Assembly: GCA_021159015.1 (NCBI GenBank)
Contig: JAGGSQ010000010.1
Coordinates: 1-58,783 of the forward strand
Source of the DNA: Candidatus Omnitrophota bacterium
GTDB taxonomy: Bacteria > Omnitrophota > Gorgyraeia > Duberdicusellales > Duberdicusellaceae
Length of the DNA stretch: 58,783 bases
Direction: 5' to 3'
Below are positions 35,374 through 45,995 of this stretch, piece by piece. Numbering within the stretch: position 1 is the first letter of the stretch; each line of letters begins with the position of its first letter. The translations under genes and the position numbers were made by a program. The notes below the pieces were generated by a model. That model had not been told where the DNA came from. It searched no databases and saw only the letters and a program-made list of their open reading frames with translations.

Positions 35374-36500
35374 GGCGTGCTATTTTATTTTTAGAGGATG
35401 GATTCTGGTTGGAAGGCGAGAGCTTTACCATCCGGGGTGAGACAATAGGAGAAGTGGTATTTAATACTTCTATGTCTGGTTATGAAGAAATTCTTACGGA
35501 TCCTTCTTATCGTGGCCAAATTGTTTGTATGAGTTATCCCTTAATAGGTAATTATGGTATAAGTGGCTCGGATATAGAATCGCGGCGGGTGCAGGTGGAG
35601 GGATTTATTGTAAGAGAAAACTCTCAGATTTATTCTAATTTCCAGGCTAAGAAATCCCTGTCTGACTATTTGCGCCAGAATAAAATTTTGGCCTTAGAAC
35701 ACATTGATACGCGGGCTTTAGTAAGACACTTGCGTCTTAAAGGGTTACTGAAAGGGATTATTTCTACGGAAGATTTTAATTTTAATAGTCTGAGAAATAA
35801 GTTAGCCAAGGCTCCTTCTATTGTCGGTAGAGACCTGGTAAGGTTAGTGAGCTGCCGCCAGGTGCATGAATGGAGAGAGGATTGGCCACAGCTAAAGTTT
35901 GAGAGGAAACATACCGTAGCAGTTATTGATTGCGGCATAAAACACAGTATCCTGCGTTTTCTTAAGAGTTATTTCGAGAAGGTAGTAGTTTTTCCCTATG
36001 AGTCAGAACTGAAAGATGTTCTGAGGATAAATCCGCAGGCAATTTTGTTTTCTAACGGTCCGGGTGATCCGCAAGCGGTAGAGCCGGCCATAGAACTGGC
36101 GGGAAAAATAATTTCAGGCCTGCGTCAAGGCAGCTTGAAGCTGGCCGTAATGGGGATCTGCTTGGGGCATCAAATTTTAGGCTTAGCTTTGGGAGGTAAG
36201 TCGCGCAAGCTTAAATTTGGCCATCATGGCGGTAACCATCCGGTAAAAGACCTGGCTACTGGCAAAATTGATATTACGGCCCAGAACCACAATTTTATTG
36301 TTGATACTCAGGACCTATCTGATAAAGATGTAGTCCAAACTCATATAAATCTTTACGATAATACACCCGAAGGTCTGCGTCATAGAAGATTACCCTTATT
36401 CAGTGTGCAGTTTCATCCCGAGGCTGGCCCTGGCCCTTTTGATGCCCAGTATATTTTTTCGGGATTTAGGAAAATGACCGATAAAATATTTGCTAAATGA
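35370..36500 (+). CDS. carA: Carbamoyl-phosphate synthase small (glutaminase) subunit
   Basis: Contains GEVVFNTSMSGYEEILTDPSY, GICLGHQ, HHGGNHPV and QFHPE. Confidence 0.95.
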   Translation: MRRAILFLEDGFWLEGESFTIRGETIGEVVFNTSMSGYEEILTDPSYRGQIVCMSYPLIGNYGISGSDIESRRVQVEGFIVRENSQIYSNFQAKKSLSDYLRQNKILALEHIDTRALVRHLRLKGLLKGIISTEDFNFNSLRNKLAKAPSIVGRDLVRLVSCRQVHEWREDWPQLKFERKHTVAVIDCGIKHSILRFLKSYFEKVVVFPYESELKDVLRINPQAILFSNGPGDPQAVEPAIELAGKIISGLRQGSLKLAVMGICLGHQILGLALGGKSRKLKFGHHGGNHPVKDLATGKIDITAQNHNFIVDTQDLSDKDVVQTHINLYDNTPEGLRHRRLPLFSVQFHPEAGPGPFDAQYIFSGFRKMTDKIFAK

Positions 36501-36503
36501 GAT

Positions 36504-39500
36504 ATGCCTAAACGTAAAGATTTGGATAAGATATTGATTATTGGCTCGGGGCCCATAATTATTTCCCAGGCCTGTGAGTTTGACTATTCCGGTACACAAG
36601 CCTGTAAAGCCTTAGCAGAAGAAGGATATCGGGTAGTGCTGCTTAATTCTAATCCCGCTACCATTATGACTGATCCTGAATTTGCTTTCCGTACTTACAT
36701 TGAGCCGATTACCGTGGAGGTTTTAGAGAAAATTATTAAGAAAGAAAAGCCGCAGGCGTGCCTGCCTACTTTGGGAGGGCAAACGGCCCTTAATGTAGCT
36801 TTTTCCGCGGCTAAGGAGGGAATATTTAAAAAATACGGCGTAGAATTAATCGGCGCCAATGCTCAGGCCATAGCTAAAGCAGAAGACCGCAAACTTTTTA
36901 AAGAGACCATGGCTAAGGCAGGAATAGAGACTCCCCGTTCGCAAATAGTGTATAAGCTGTCAGAAGCTGCCTCGGCTTTGGAATATGTAGGCCTGCCTTG
37001 TGTTCTGAGGCCTGCTTTTACCTTAGGAGGTACAGGAGGTGGCATAGTATTTAACCGCGAAGAATTCTTTTCCTTAATAGAAATAGGGCTGAAACAGAGT
37101 CTGGTTTCAGAAGTTCTCGTAGAAGAAGCGGTTCTGGGCTGGAAAGAGTTTGAGTTGGAGGTTATGCGAGACAGGAAGGATAATGTAGTCATCATTTGTT
37201 CCATTGAAAATTTTGACCCTATGGGTATTCATACCGGAGATTCTATAACTGTGGCCCCGCAGCAGACTCTTACGGATCGCCAATACCAAAGAATGCGTCA
37301 GGAGGCAATTAGAGCTATTAGGGCTATTGGAGTAGAGACAGGTGGTTCTAATATTCAGTTTGCCTTTAATCCCCAGGACGGCCGTCTGGTAATAATCGAG
37401 ATGAATCCACGGGTTTCTCGTTCTTCTGCCCTAGCTTCCAAAGCCACAGGATTTCCTATTGCCAAGATTGCGGCAAAACTTGCTGTAGGGTATACCTTGG
37501 ATGAGATTCCTAATGATATAACCCGTGAGACACCGGCTTCTTTTGAACCGGTGCTCGATTATTGTGTGGTAAAGATACCCCGCTGGACTTTTGAGAAATT
37601 TCCTCAGGCTGATACTACGCTTACTACTTCCATGAAGTCAGTAGGAGAAGTTATGGCTATTGGCCGGACATTCAAAGAAGCCTTACAAAAGGGTTTGAGA
37701 GGGTTGGAAATTGGCAAGGCAGGGCTGGAGCCCCAGATAGATTTGCGCCGTTATAAAATCCATCCGCAGGATGTTAAAGAAGAAATCAAAGCCTACCTTA
37801 TTCGTCCCAATGCCGAACGTATTTTTTACATTGGCGATGCGTTCCGCCTGGGGTTTTCTCTCTCGGAAGTAGCTTCTCTTACCAAGATTGACCCCTGGTT
37901 CTTGCAGAATATAAAGGAGATTATTGATTTTGAGAGAGAACTGTCTTCCCAGCATGCCCTGGATATAAAACGCCTCAAGAAAGCCAAAGAACTGGGGTTT
38001 TCCGATAAGCAGATTGCGCGGCTGATAAATGCGGGCGAGGATAAGATTGCGATGTTACGCTATAAACATAGTATAAACTGCGTGTATAAACTGGTAGATA
38101 CTTGTGCGGCAGAATTTGAAGCCTACACCCCTTATTTTTACTCTACTTACGAGAAAGAAGATGAGGCACGCATAAGTACCAGGAACAAAGTGATGATTCT
38201 AGGTGGCGGTCCTAACCGTATTGGGCAGGGGATTGAATTTGATTATTGTTGTGTGCATGCGGCATTCTCTTTGCAGGAAGAAAACATTGAAGTCATTATG
38301 GTTAATTCCAATCCGGAGACAGTTTCTACTGACTATGATACTTCCGACAAGCTATATTTTGAACCCATTACTTTAGAAGACGTCCTAAATATTGCCCGTA
38401 GAGAAAAGCCCCGAGGGGTAATTCTGCAGTTTGGCGGCCAGACTCCTCTTAATCTGGCCTTAGGCCTGGAGCGAGCTGGAATTGAGATACTGGGGACATC
38501 AGCTTTTTCTATAGACCGCGCTGAAGACCGTGAGAAATTCAAGCAACTCTTAAAGAAATGCCGCCTGCGTCAGCCAGCTAATGCCACGGCTACTTCTTTT
38601 TATGAAGCAAAAAGAATTGCGCGGGAAATAGGTTATCCGGTAGTAGTAAGGCCCTCTTATGTTTTGGGAGGGCGAGCCATGGAAATAGTTTATGACGAAG
38701 TTTCTTTAGAGAAATATATTAAAAAAGCTATTATAGCTTCACCTCTGCAGCCGATATTAATAGATAAGTTTTTAGAAGAGGCGATTGAAGTTGATGTAGA
38801 CGGGATCGGTGACGGTAAGCAATTTATTATCGGGGGAATATTAGAGCATATAGAAGAAGCAGGAATTCATTCAGGAGATTCCGCCATGTGCCTGCCGCCT
38901 TTTAGCATTTCTGACGAGATGATAGAAGAAATTAGAAAGGCTACTTATGTGTTGGCAGAGGAGCTAAAAATAAAGGGTTTGATGAATATTCAGTACGCGG
39001 TTAAGAACAATGTCTTGTATGTTTTAGAAGTAAATCCTCGTGCTTCACGCACTATTCCTTTTGTTTCTAAAGCTATTGGTGTGCCTTTGGCCAAACTTGC
39101 GGCAAAAGTAATGTTAGGTAAGACATTGGATGAACTGGGGCTAAAAAAGGAAATCGTTCCTCCTTATACTTGCGTAAAAGAATCAGTTTTCCCTTTTAAT
39201 CGTTTTAGCGGCGTTGATATTATTCTGGGGCCAGAGATGAAATCAACCGGCGAAGTTATGGGCATTGGAGAAAGTTTTGCCCAAGCCTACATAAAAAGTC
39301 AGATAGCTTCTTCTCAAGTCTTGCCTCTGGAGGGAAGAGTATTTATCAGTGTTAAGAACAGCGACAAACGCTCGGTAGTCTTTATCGCCAAAAAGCTGTT
39401 TGAGTTAGGATTTGAAATTATTGCTACGGCGGGTACGGCCAAAGTTCTTTCTAAAAGCAATATACCCGTAAAGGCCCTGCCGCGTATTTCTGAAGGTCGG

Positions 39501-39752
39501 CCCAATATTTTAGATTATATAAAAGATAAAAAAGTGCATCTAATTATTAATACTCCTTCTGGTTCTATTCCTCGTCAAGATGAAGTGAAGATTCGCTCCC
39601 AGGCTATTATCTACGGCATTCCTTGTATTACTACCATTTCTGGCGCACAGGCATCAGTAGAAGGAATAGAAGTGTTGAAGAAAGAAAAATTAAAGATTAA
39701 GTCTATCCAGGAACATCACAAGACCTTAAACTATTCTGTACCTAATGAGTGA
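36504..39752 (+). CDS. carB: Carbamoyl-phosphate synthase large subunit
   Basis: 1082 aa with duplicated ATP-grasp halves ([21 protein letters not shown] and [19 protein letters not shown]) and a C-terminal MGS-like domain. Confidence 0.97.
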   Translation: MPKRKDLDKILIIGSGPIIISQACEFDYSGTQACKALAEEGYRVVLLNSNPATIMTDPEFAFRTYIEPITVEVLEKIIKKEKPQACLPTLGGQTALNVAFSAAKEGIFKKYGVELIGANAQAIAKAEDRKLFKETMAKAGIETPRSQIVYKLSEAASALEYVGLPCVLRPAFTLGGTGGGIVFNREEFFSLIEIGLKQSLVSEVLVEEAVLGWKEFELEVMRDRKDNVVIICSIENFDPMGIHTGDSITVAPQQTLTDRQYQRMRQEAIRAIRAIGVETGGSNIQFAFNPQDGRLVIIEMNPRVSRSSALASKATGFPIAKIAAKLAVGYTLDEIPNDITRETPASFEPVLDYCVVKIPRWTFEKFPQADTTLTTSMKSVGEVMAIGRTFKEALQKGLRGLEIGKAGLEPQIDLRRYKIHPQDVKEEIKAYLIRPNAERIFYIGDAFRLGFSLSEVASLTKIDPWFLQNIKEIIDFERELSSQHALDIKRLKKAKELGFSDKQIARLINAGEDKIAMLRYKHSINCVYKLVDTCAAEFEAYTPYFYSTYEKEDEARISTRNKVMILGGGPNRIGQGIEFDYCCVHAAFSLQEENIEVIMVNSNPETVSTDYDTSDKLYFEPITLEDVLNIARREKPRGVILQFGGQTPLNLALGLERAGIEILGTSAFSIDRAEDREKFKQLLKKCRLRQPANATATSFYEAKRIAREIGYPVVVRPSYVLGGRAMEIVYDEVSLEKYIKKAIIASPLQPILIDKFLEEAIEVDVDGIGDGKQFIIGGILEHIEEAGIHSGDSAMCLPPFSISDEMIEEIRKATYVLAEELKIKGLMNIQYAVKNNVLYVLEVNPRASRTIPFVSKAIGVPLAKLAAKVMLGKTLDELGLKKEIVPPYTCVKESVFPFNRFSGVDIILGPEMKSTGEVMGIGESFAQAYIKSQIASSQVLPLEGRVFISVKNSDKRSVVFIAKKLFELGFEIIATAGTAKVLSKSNIPVKALPRISEGRPNILDYIKDKKVHLIINTPSGSIPRQDEVKIRSQAIIYGIPCITTISGAQASVEGIEVLKKEKLKIKSIQEHHKTLNYSVPNE

Positions 39753-40473
39753 TATAGTTTATTCGGTAGTTGTGCCGGTATTTAATGAAGAAGAATCTTT
39801 GGTTGAGCTCCACAGAGAGTTAGTACAGGTAATGGACGAGATAGGCGAGGTGTATGAAATTATATATATAGACGATAGAAGCACAGATGGCTCAGGTTCA
39901 GTTCTAGACAGTTTGCAAAAGGAATCTTCGACAGTAGAAGTAGTTCATTTCGCTCATCATAAAGGCCAGAGCGCCGCCTTTTATGCCGGGTTTCAAAAGG
40001 CGCGCGGCAGATGGATTATTACGCTTGATGCAGATTTACAGAATGATGCGGCGGATATTGCTAAAATAGTTAGATATAGGGACGAGTTCGACTTAATTCA
40101 GGGAATCAGAAAAAAGAGAAAAGATAGTCTCCTCAGACATATTTCTTCTCAGATAGCTTTCTTGTCCCGCAAGATTGTGCTGAGAGACAATACTATTGAT
40201 ACGGGATGTTCTTTGCGCTGTTTTCATCGCAGGTGCTTAGAGAATAATTTTTTTTTCTTCTACAACTTTCACCGTTTCTTTGCCTATCTTTTACAAATTA
40301 GAGATTGTCGTATCTTACAAATAGAAGTCAACCATCGTCCGCGCCGTTTTGGTAAGAGTAAATATACTCTTTGGCGCCGCCTCTGGGAGGGCTTGTTTGA
40401 TTTAGGGGGAGTGTACTGGCTTAAGAGACGACTAATTAAGTTGGATGTAGTTCGTAATGAAAGAAAAAATTGA
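39745..40473 (+). CDS. GT2 polyprenyl-phosphate glycosyltransferase (ArnC / DPM1-like)
   Basis: Contains [26 protein letters not shown] and TLDADLQND. Confidence 0.8.
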   Translation: MSDIVYSVVVPVFNEEESLVELHRELVQVMDEIGEVYEIIYIDDRSTDGSGSVLDSLQKESSTVEVVHFAHHKGQSAAFYAGFQKARGRWIITLDADLQNDAADIAKIVRYRDEFDLIQGIRKKRKDSLLRHISSQIAFLSRKIVLRDNTIDTGCSLRCFHRRCLENNFFFFYNFHRFFAYLLQIRDCRILQIEVNHRPRRFGKSKYTLWRRLWEGLFDLGGVYWLKRRLIKLDVVRNERKN

Positions 40474-40723
40474 GTTTATCTGGATAGTCATAGGATTTTT
40501 AGGACAGTTTTTATTCTTCCTGCGTTTTTTTATTCAGTGGCTGGTAAGCGAGAAGAAAAAAGAGAGTACCATTCCTGTAGCCTTCTGGTATTTTAGTATT
40601 TCGGGAGGACTCCTGCTTCTGGTTTATGCTATTTACCGCCGTGACCCTGTATTTATTGTAGGACAAAGTGTAGGAGTGTTGATTTATGCCCGCAACCTTT
40701 ATTTTATTAGTAAGAAAAAATAG
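40457..40723 (+). CDS. Small membrane protein with a lipid-A-disaccharide-synthase N-terminal (LAB_N) domain
   Basis: 88 aa with 3 TM. It contains GFLGQFLFFLRFFIQW..SEKKKES.IPVAFWYFSISGG and RRDPVFIVGQ. Confidence 0.7.
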   Translation: MKEKIEFIWIVIGFLGQFLFFLRFFIQWLVSEKKKESTIPVAFWYFSISGGLLLLVYAIYRRDPVFIVGQSVGVLIYARNLYFISKKK

Positions 40724-42185
40724 GCAGATTATTATTACTTCACTCCTCTTTTTTATAGCTGTAGCGGTTATTATTCTTGGCACCCTGCGGCGCGATTTGT
40801 TTTATCCTGATGAAACACGCATTGTTTATATCGCCCGCCACATTTCTGAGGCGAATCCTTTGATTATAAAATTTGGTCCCCAGAAATATTATCAGAAGCC
40901 CCCTTTCTATTTCTGGCTGGTTTCTCCTTTAGCTCATTTAAAGCTAAATATAGCCAAAGTAGCTCTGGTGCTTTTTAATGTAATCTTAGCCTTTATTTTA
41001 GCAAAGATTAATGTTTCCTTCCTGAGAAAGGAAAATTCTTCCGCCGCTGCTTTGAGTTTCTGGCTAATTATTACCAGCAGTATTTATTTTAGTATGAGTG
41101 TGATTATCCGTATGGATATGCTATATAATTTGTTCTTAAGCTTAAGTCTGATTATATTCTATCTTGGTTACAAAAGAGAAAGAAGAGTTCTTTTTGTCCT
41201 TAGCGGCATATTTAGTTTTTTAGCTTGTTTTACTAAGGGCGGGTTCGGTTTCTTTATCCCTTTTGTTTCTACTTTACTGTTTGCCTTGTGGCGGAAAAAA
41301 GTATTTTTGTGGAAGGGGTTTCTTATAAGCTGGTTTTGTGCGGTGGGATTTATTCTGGCCTGGCTGATAGGATTTAATTTGGCAGATCCGGGCTACTTGC
41401 GCCATATGCTTTTTATTCAGACCTGGGGAAGGGCCTTTGCGCCTTTTGCCCATGCCCGGGGCGTTTTTTACTACTTTTTATTTTTTGGTGCAGCGTTTTT
41501 CCCCTGGAGCCTGCTGCTTTTCCCCTATTTTTACCACTTCTCTATAAGAAAAATAGCGGAATGGGAAATGTTTTATCTTTGTTGGATAGGAGGAGGAATT
41601 TTAGTGCTTACTTTGATTCAAAGTAAGAACGTTATGTATCTGCTTCCTTTGACTGTACCTGTAGCTTCTTTGGCAGCTGTCGAGCTGGCGCGTGATAAGA
41701 AAAAAAGACTAGCTATAATCTATATTCTATTCGGTTCTCTGTTTTTTGTCTTATTAGCAGGAGGAGTGTGGTTTAGAAAAAATATAGTGAGTTATTCTGT
41801 TTTCTTCTTGTTTGTTTTGGTCTGCTTGTTGCTTTATTTCTTTACGCTGCGGGGGAAAGAGAAAGCTTTTGCTTATTTCTTATCCGCTTGGGCGTTATTA
41901 CTCTCTTTGGCTTTGGTTTTTATTATGCCTGTAGTCAGTCAAAGAAATGGCTTGCGTCGGCTGGCAAAGTTGGTTAGTTCAGAAGCTTCTTCCTTGATGC
42001 CTATTTGTGTAATGCAAGACAATCTTTTGTCTCTCTCGCTCTACCTGGACTATCCCCTCAGGCTGGCGGGAAGAAATCTTGCTTCCTGTCCTCGTCCTTT
42101 TTTACTTGTGGGGCGGAAAGAAGATAAACTCCCCTTTATGCTTTTAAAGAAGATTAATAAATTTACTTTGTATTATGTTAGATAA
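40686..42185 (+). CDS. GT-C fold glycosyltransferase, ArnT / PMT (GT39/GT83)-like
   Basis: 499 aa and polytopic. It has the YPDETR acidic loop after TM1 and a KPPFYFWL motif. It forms a triad with the preceding GT2 and LAB_N genes. Confidence 0.7.
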   Translation: MPATFILLVRKNRQIIITSLLFFIAVAVIILGTLRRDLFYPDETRIVYIARHISEANPLIIKFGPQKYYQKPPFYFWLVSPLAHLKLNIAKVALVLFNVILAFILAKINVSFLRKENSSAAALSFWLIITSSIYFSMSVIIRMDMLYNLFLSLSLIIFYLGYKRERRVLFVLSGIFSFLACFTKGGFGFFIPFVSTLLFALWRKKVFLWKGFLISWFCAVGFILAWLIGFNLADPGYLRHMLFIQTWGRAFAPFAHARGVFYYFLFFGAAFFPWSLLLFPYFYHFSIRKIAEWEMFYLCWIGGGILVLTLIQSKNVMYLLPLTVPVASLAAVELARDKKKRLAIIYILFGSLFFVLLAGGVWFRKNIVSYSVFFLFVLVCLLLYFFTLRGKEKAFAYFLSAWALLLSLALVFIMPVVSQRNGLRRLAKLVSSEASSLMPICVMQDNLLSLSLYLDYPLRLAGRNLASCPRPFLLVGRKEDKLPFMLLKKINKFTLYYVR

Positions 42186-42576
42186 ACTGATTATTAATAC
42201 CCGCTCTAGAGAAGAATTTGTGGAAATCACCCCTCAGGTAGAAGAGATTGTAAATAGGCAACAAATAAAAGAAGGAATTTGTCTAATTTTTGTTCCTCAT
42301 ACTACCTGCGGTATATTGATAAATGAGAATGCCGATAGAGACGTGCAGCGGGATATTATTTCTCACCTGAAAAAATTAGTCCCCCCCGGCTCTTCTTTTC
42401 GGCATAGAGAAGGCAATGCCGATGCTCATATTAAGAGTGTTTTGGTTAATAGCAGCCTGCCGCTGTTAATCGAGAAGGGATATCTCTTGCTGGGGAGATG
42501 GCAGGGAATATTCTTAGCGGAGTTTGACGGACCACGCCGAAGAGAGGTGTGGGTGAAATTGGTAAAGAGTTCCTGA
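42175..42576 (+). CDS. yjbQ: YjbQ/UPF0047 family protein (secondary thiamine-phosphate synthase)
   Basis: Contains [28 protein letters not shown] and [17 protein letters not shown]. Confidence 0.85.
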   Translation: MLDKLIINTRSREEFVEITPQVEEIVNRQQIKEGICLIFVPHTTCGILINENADRDVQRDIISHLKKLVPPGSSFRHREGNADAHIKSVLVNSSLPLLIEKGYLLLGRWQGIFLAEFDGPRRREVWVKLVKSS

Positions 42577-43376
42577 TGCCAGAGCTGCCGGAAGTAGAGA
42601 CTATAAAGAGAAGTTTAAACAGAAACGTAAAAGGAAAAAGAATAAAGCGGGTGGAAGTTTTTGTGCCGCGGCTTATTAAAAATCCGGACTCCCTTAGGTC
42701 TTTTATAAATTCTCTTCGAGGACGCCGTATAGAAAGAGTAAAGCGAAGAGGCAAAATGTTGATTTTAGAATTAGATAAGGGGTTCTTGGCTATTCACTTG
42801 CGCATAGCCGGAGGGCTACAATATGGCAAAAGGGAAGAAAGAGCGCGGCTTTGCTTTCTGCTTGATGATGGTCGCTGGTTAAATTATATGGATGCTCGGA
42901 CATTGGGCGAGATAAGACTGGTAGATAATACCGAAAGTCTTGATTTTTTGAAAAGGCTGGGGCCAGAGCCATTTTCATATTCTTACCATACCTGGTACAG
43001 GCAACTGCAAAGAAGCAGAAGTAAAATTAAAGCTTTTCTCCTCGACCAACAAAAGATTGCGGGGCTGGGGAATATTTATGCCTGCGAGGCACTCTTTGCT
43101 GCCAAAATAAATCCCTTCCGGCCGGCTTCTTCTTTAACTCTTTCTGAAAGCAAGAATTTACTCACGCGTATAAAACAGCTGTTGAGAAAGGCCATAAAAT
43201 ATAAAGGCACTACTATTAGCGATTACCGTGATGCCGAAGGGAAGAAAGGGAAAATGCAGTTTTCTTTGAAGGTTTATCAGAGGAAAAATATGCCTTGTTT
43301 TGTCTGCGGTGATATTATTCAGAGGAAAATTATTGCCGGTAGAGGTACTTATTTTTGCCCTACTTGCCAGAAATAA
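42576..43376 (+). CDS. mutM: Formamidopyrimidine-DNA glycosylase
   Basis: The start must be MPELPEVE (catalytic Pro2), at ATG 42576, which overlaps the yjbQ TGA. It also has LGNIYACEALF and a C-terminal zinc finger CFVCG...CPTCQ. Confidence 0.9.
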   Translation: MPELPEVETIKRSLNRNVKGKRIKRVEVFVPRLIKNPDSLRSFINSLRGRRIERVKRRGKMLILELDKGFLAIHLRIAGGLQYGKREERARLCFLLDDGRWLNYMDARTLGEIRLVDNTESLDFLKRLGPEPFSYSYHTWYRQLQRSRSKIKAFLLDQQKIAGLGNIYACEALFAAKINPFRPASSLTLSESKNLLTRIKQLLRKAIKYKGTTISDYRDAEGKKGKMQFSLKVYQRKNMPCFVCGDIIQRKIIAGRGTYFCPTCQK

Positions 43377-45193
43377 TGCTGAGCGAGAACGAGATCCGTA
43401 TTTTGGTTGACTATCTGAACTCTCAGAGGGGATTTTTATTTGAAGATTGCCTGGCGGACAACGAAGCAGTTATTTTTGCTTCTCCGCAGCGGGAATTAGT
43501 ATTTTACGCCGGAGGCAAAGTCGAAGACTTTTTTCTTCAAATAGAGTCTGAGCTTAAAAAAGGAAATTTCCTCGCCGGTTACTTTAGCTATGAGTTTGGC
43601 TATATCTTTGAGCCGAAACTGCACCGTTATCTTTCCGCTTCTTCTTTACCTTTAGCTTGGCTGGGAGTTTTTGATAAGTTTCAAGACAAAAAGGAGATTC
43701 TAAGTCACCACCACCCTGTTCTATCTCCTTCCTGGCGGCGGGGGAAGATTGTTCCTAGTCTTAGTTTTAAAGAATACTACTGCCATTTTCAGCAGATTAG
43801 AGAATATATAGCCGATGGCGAGAGTTACGAGGTGAACTTTACTTTTCGTCAGAGATTTGATTTACGGGGGTCTTTAGCCTCTTTCTTTGTGGATTTGCGC
43901 CGCGCCCAGCCTGTAAAGTATCTGGCTTTTGTAAATGATGGGCAGCGCAAAGTGCTTTCTTTTTCTCCCGAATTGTTCTTTTCTCGCCGCCAGAGAACAA
44001 TAACCGTTATGCCGATGAAGGGGACAGCACGGCGAGGCAGGTTTATAGAAGAAGATGATAAAATAAGAAGCTATTTGAGAAATGATGAGAAAAACCAGGC
44101 TGAAAACTTAATGGTGCTGGATATGCTGCGTAATGATTTAGGCCGTATAGCTGAGGCAGGCTCAGTAAAGGTAAAAGAGCTCTTCCGCCTGGAAAAATTG
44201 CGCTCTTTGTGGCAGATGGTTTCTGTAGTTGAAGCTTGTCTTAGAATTGACGCAGGTTATTATGATATTTTCCGCGCTCTCTTTCCTTCTGGTTCTGTGA
44301 CCGGGGCGCCTAAGGTAAGAACTATGGAGATAATCGCAGAACAGGAAGGAGAAAGGCGGGAAGTATATACAGGGGCTATAGGCTATATTTTGCCTTCGCA
44401 AGAAGCGGTATTTAATGTAGCTATACGTACTATTTGTCTGGAGGGGAAGAGAGCTACTTTAGGCATAGGTAGCGGTCTGGTGTATGATTCTACAGCAGCA
44501 GAGGAATATAAAGAATGCCTCGCCAAGGCTGGATTCTTAGAAAAAAAGCTTCCTCCCTTTTCTCTCATAGAAAGCCTACGCCTTTACCAGGGACAATATT
44601 TTCTTCTCCCGCTTCATCTCCAGCGACTTCAGGAGTCAGCAGCTTATTTCCAGATACCTTATGCGGCAGAAAAGATTGAGAATGCCCTTTTCTCTTTAGC
44701 CGTAAAGTTGAAAAGGAGTAGAATGTATAAAGTCAGGCTTCTTTTGTCCCAGGAGGGAGAGCTAAATATAACCTGGCAGGAATTGCGACATTTATCTTTG
44801 CCTTTGAGAGTAAGAATATCTCACTGTTATATTGATTCTGAGAGTGTGTTCATCTACCACAAAACTACTCAGCGGCATCTTTATCAGCAAGAGTTGAGAA
44901 AAGCGCAAAGAGAAGGCTTTGATGAAGTTATCTTCCTCAACCAGCAAGGAGAGATTACCGAAGGCTCTTTTACCAATATTTTCTTAAGGCAAGACGGCCT
45001 TATCTATACGCCGCCAGTTAGGTCTGGCCTGCTTAATGGCGTATTGCGCAGATATCTTATGGAAAAGGGCTTGGTGCAGGAAAAGAGGCTTAGTCATACG
45101 GATATAGAGAATTGCCAGAGGGTTTATTTGGGAAATGCGGTGAGAGGGCTTATGCCCGCTGAAATTTTTGTCCCCCTGGTAGCAAAAGTATAA
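43376..45193 (+). CDS. pabB: Fusion protein: aminodeoxychorismate synthase component I (PabB) plus class IV aminotransferase-fold ADC lyase (PabC)
   Basis: A chorismate-binding domain (SFSPELFF, MPMKGTARRG, FPSGSVTGAPK, GAIGY) is followed by a ~220-aa fold-type IV domain (GFDEVIFLN..GEITEGSFTNIF, LNGVLR). The alternative TTG start is at 43355. Confidence 0.8.
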   Translation: MLSENEIRILVDYLNSQRGFLFEDCLADNEAVIFASPQRELVFYAGGKVEDFFLQIESELKKGNFLAGYFSYEFGYIFEPKLHRYLSASSLPLAWLGVFDKFQDKKEILSHHHPVLSPSWRRGKIVPSLSFKEYYCHFQQIREYIADGESYEVNFTFRQRFDLRGSLASFFVDLRRAQPVKYLAFVNDGQRKVLSFSPELFFSRRQRTITVMPMKGTARRGRFIEEDDKIRSYLRNDEKNQAENLMVLDMLRNDLGRIAEAGSVKVKELFRLEKLRSLWQMVSVVEACLRIDAGYYDIFRALFPSGSVTGAPKVRTMEIIAEQEGERREVYTGAIGYILPSQEAVFNVAIRTICLEGKRATLGIGSGLVYDSTAAEEYKECLAKAGFLEKKLPPFSLIESLRLYQGQYFLLPLHLQRLQESAAYFQIPYAAEKIENALFSLAVKLKRSRMYKVRLLLSQEGELNITWQELRHLSLPLRVRISHCYIDSESVFIYHKTTQRHLYQQELRKAQREGFDEVIFLNQQGEITEGSFTNIFLRQDGLIYTPPVRSGLLNGVLRRYLMEKGLVQEKRLSHTDIENCQRVYLGNAVRGLMPAEIFVPLVAKV

Positions 45194-45978
45194 TGAGAAT
45201 TTTTGAAGAGAAAATAGTAACTTTGCGTCAGGTGAGAAAGAAGATTTTTCTTTTAGGCTTTAAGTCTTCTTATCTTGCCCCACGGGCTCAACCGGGCCAG
45301 TTTGTCAATATTTATCTACAGGAAAAAGACGTATTTTTGCCGCGGCCGTTCAGCATTCATAAAATAGAATCAGATATTGTGTATCTACTGTTTAAAGTAA
45401 GAGGTAAAGCTACACAGGCTTTGGCTGATATGGCTAAAGGGGAAAGTCTAAGAATTTGCGGCCCTCTGGGGAAGAAATTTGATTGGCTTGCTATGGCCAA
45501 ATACAAACGAGTGGTGCTTATAGGAGGAGGTATAGGTATAGCGCCCTTGAGCTTTTTAGGAGAGAAGCTATCCAGCCTTTCTTCTCAAAAACTGCTCTTT
45601 GTAGGTGCTGCTACTAAGAAGGAATTAGTAGTAAAAAAAGAATTGCGGAATTATGGTTTTATGGTCTATACTGCTACTTTAGACGGCTCAGCCGGAGAAA
45701 AAGGAGATATAGTTTCTGTGTTTTCTCGCTGGCTGGAAAAAGAAAGAATAAAAGGAAAAGATTTATGCGTTTTTGGCTGTGGCCCTTGGGGGATGGCTGA
45801 GAGCCTGCAAAGAGTAGAGCGTACATACAAAATAGGGAAGGTATGGTTCTCGTTTGAGAGAGTTATTGCCTGCGGTTTAGGTGTTTGCCGCGGCTGTGCT
45901 ATAGAGACAAAGTCTGGCTACAAACTTCTTTGTCAACAAGGACCTGTGTTTAACCTGGACGAGGTGGTCTTTGCCTAA
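45193..45978 (+). CDS. pyrK: Dihydroorotate dehydrogenase (class 1B) electron-transfer subunit
   Basis: FNR-like, with RPFSI and GGGIGIAP. The C-terminal 2Fe-2S ligand pattern is CGLGVCRGC...C. Confidence 0.85.
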   Translation: MRIFEEKIVTLRQVRKKIFLLGFKSSYLAPRAQPGQFVNIYLQEKDVFLPRPFSIHKIESDIVYLLFKVRGKATQALADMAKGESLRICGPLGKKFDWLAMAKYKRVVLIGGGIGIAPLSFLGEKLSSLSSQKLLFVGAATKKELVVKKELRNYGFMVYTATLDGSAGEKGDIVSVFSRWLEKERIKGKDLCVFGCGPWGMAESLQRVERTYKIGKVWFSFERVIACGLGVCRGCAIETKSGYKLLCQQGPVFNLDEVVFA

Positions 45979-45995
45979 AGAGAAGGGAGAAAGAG

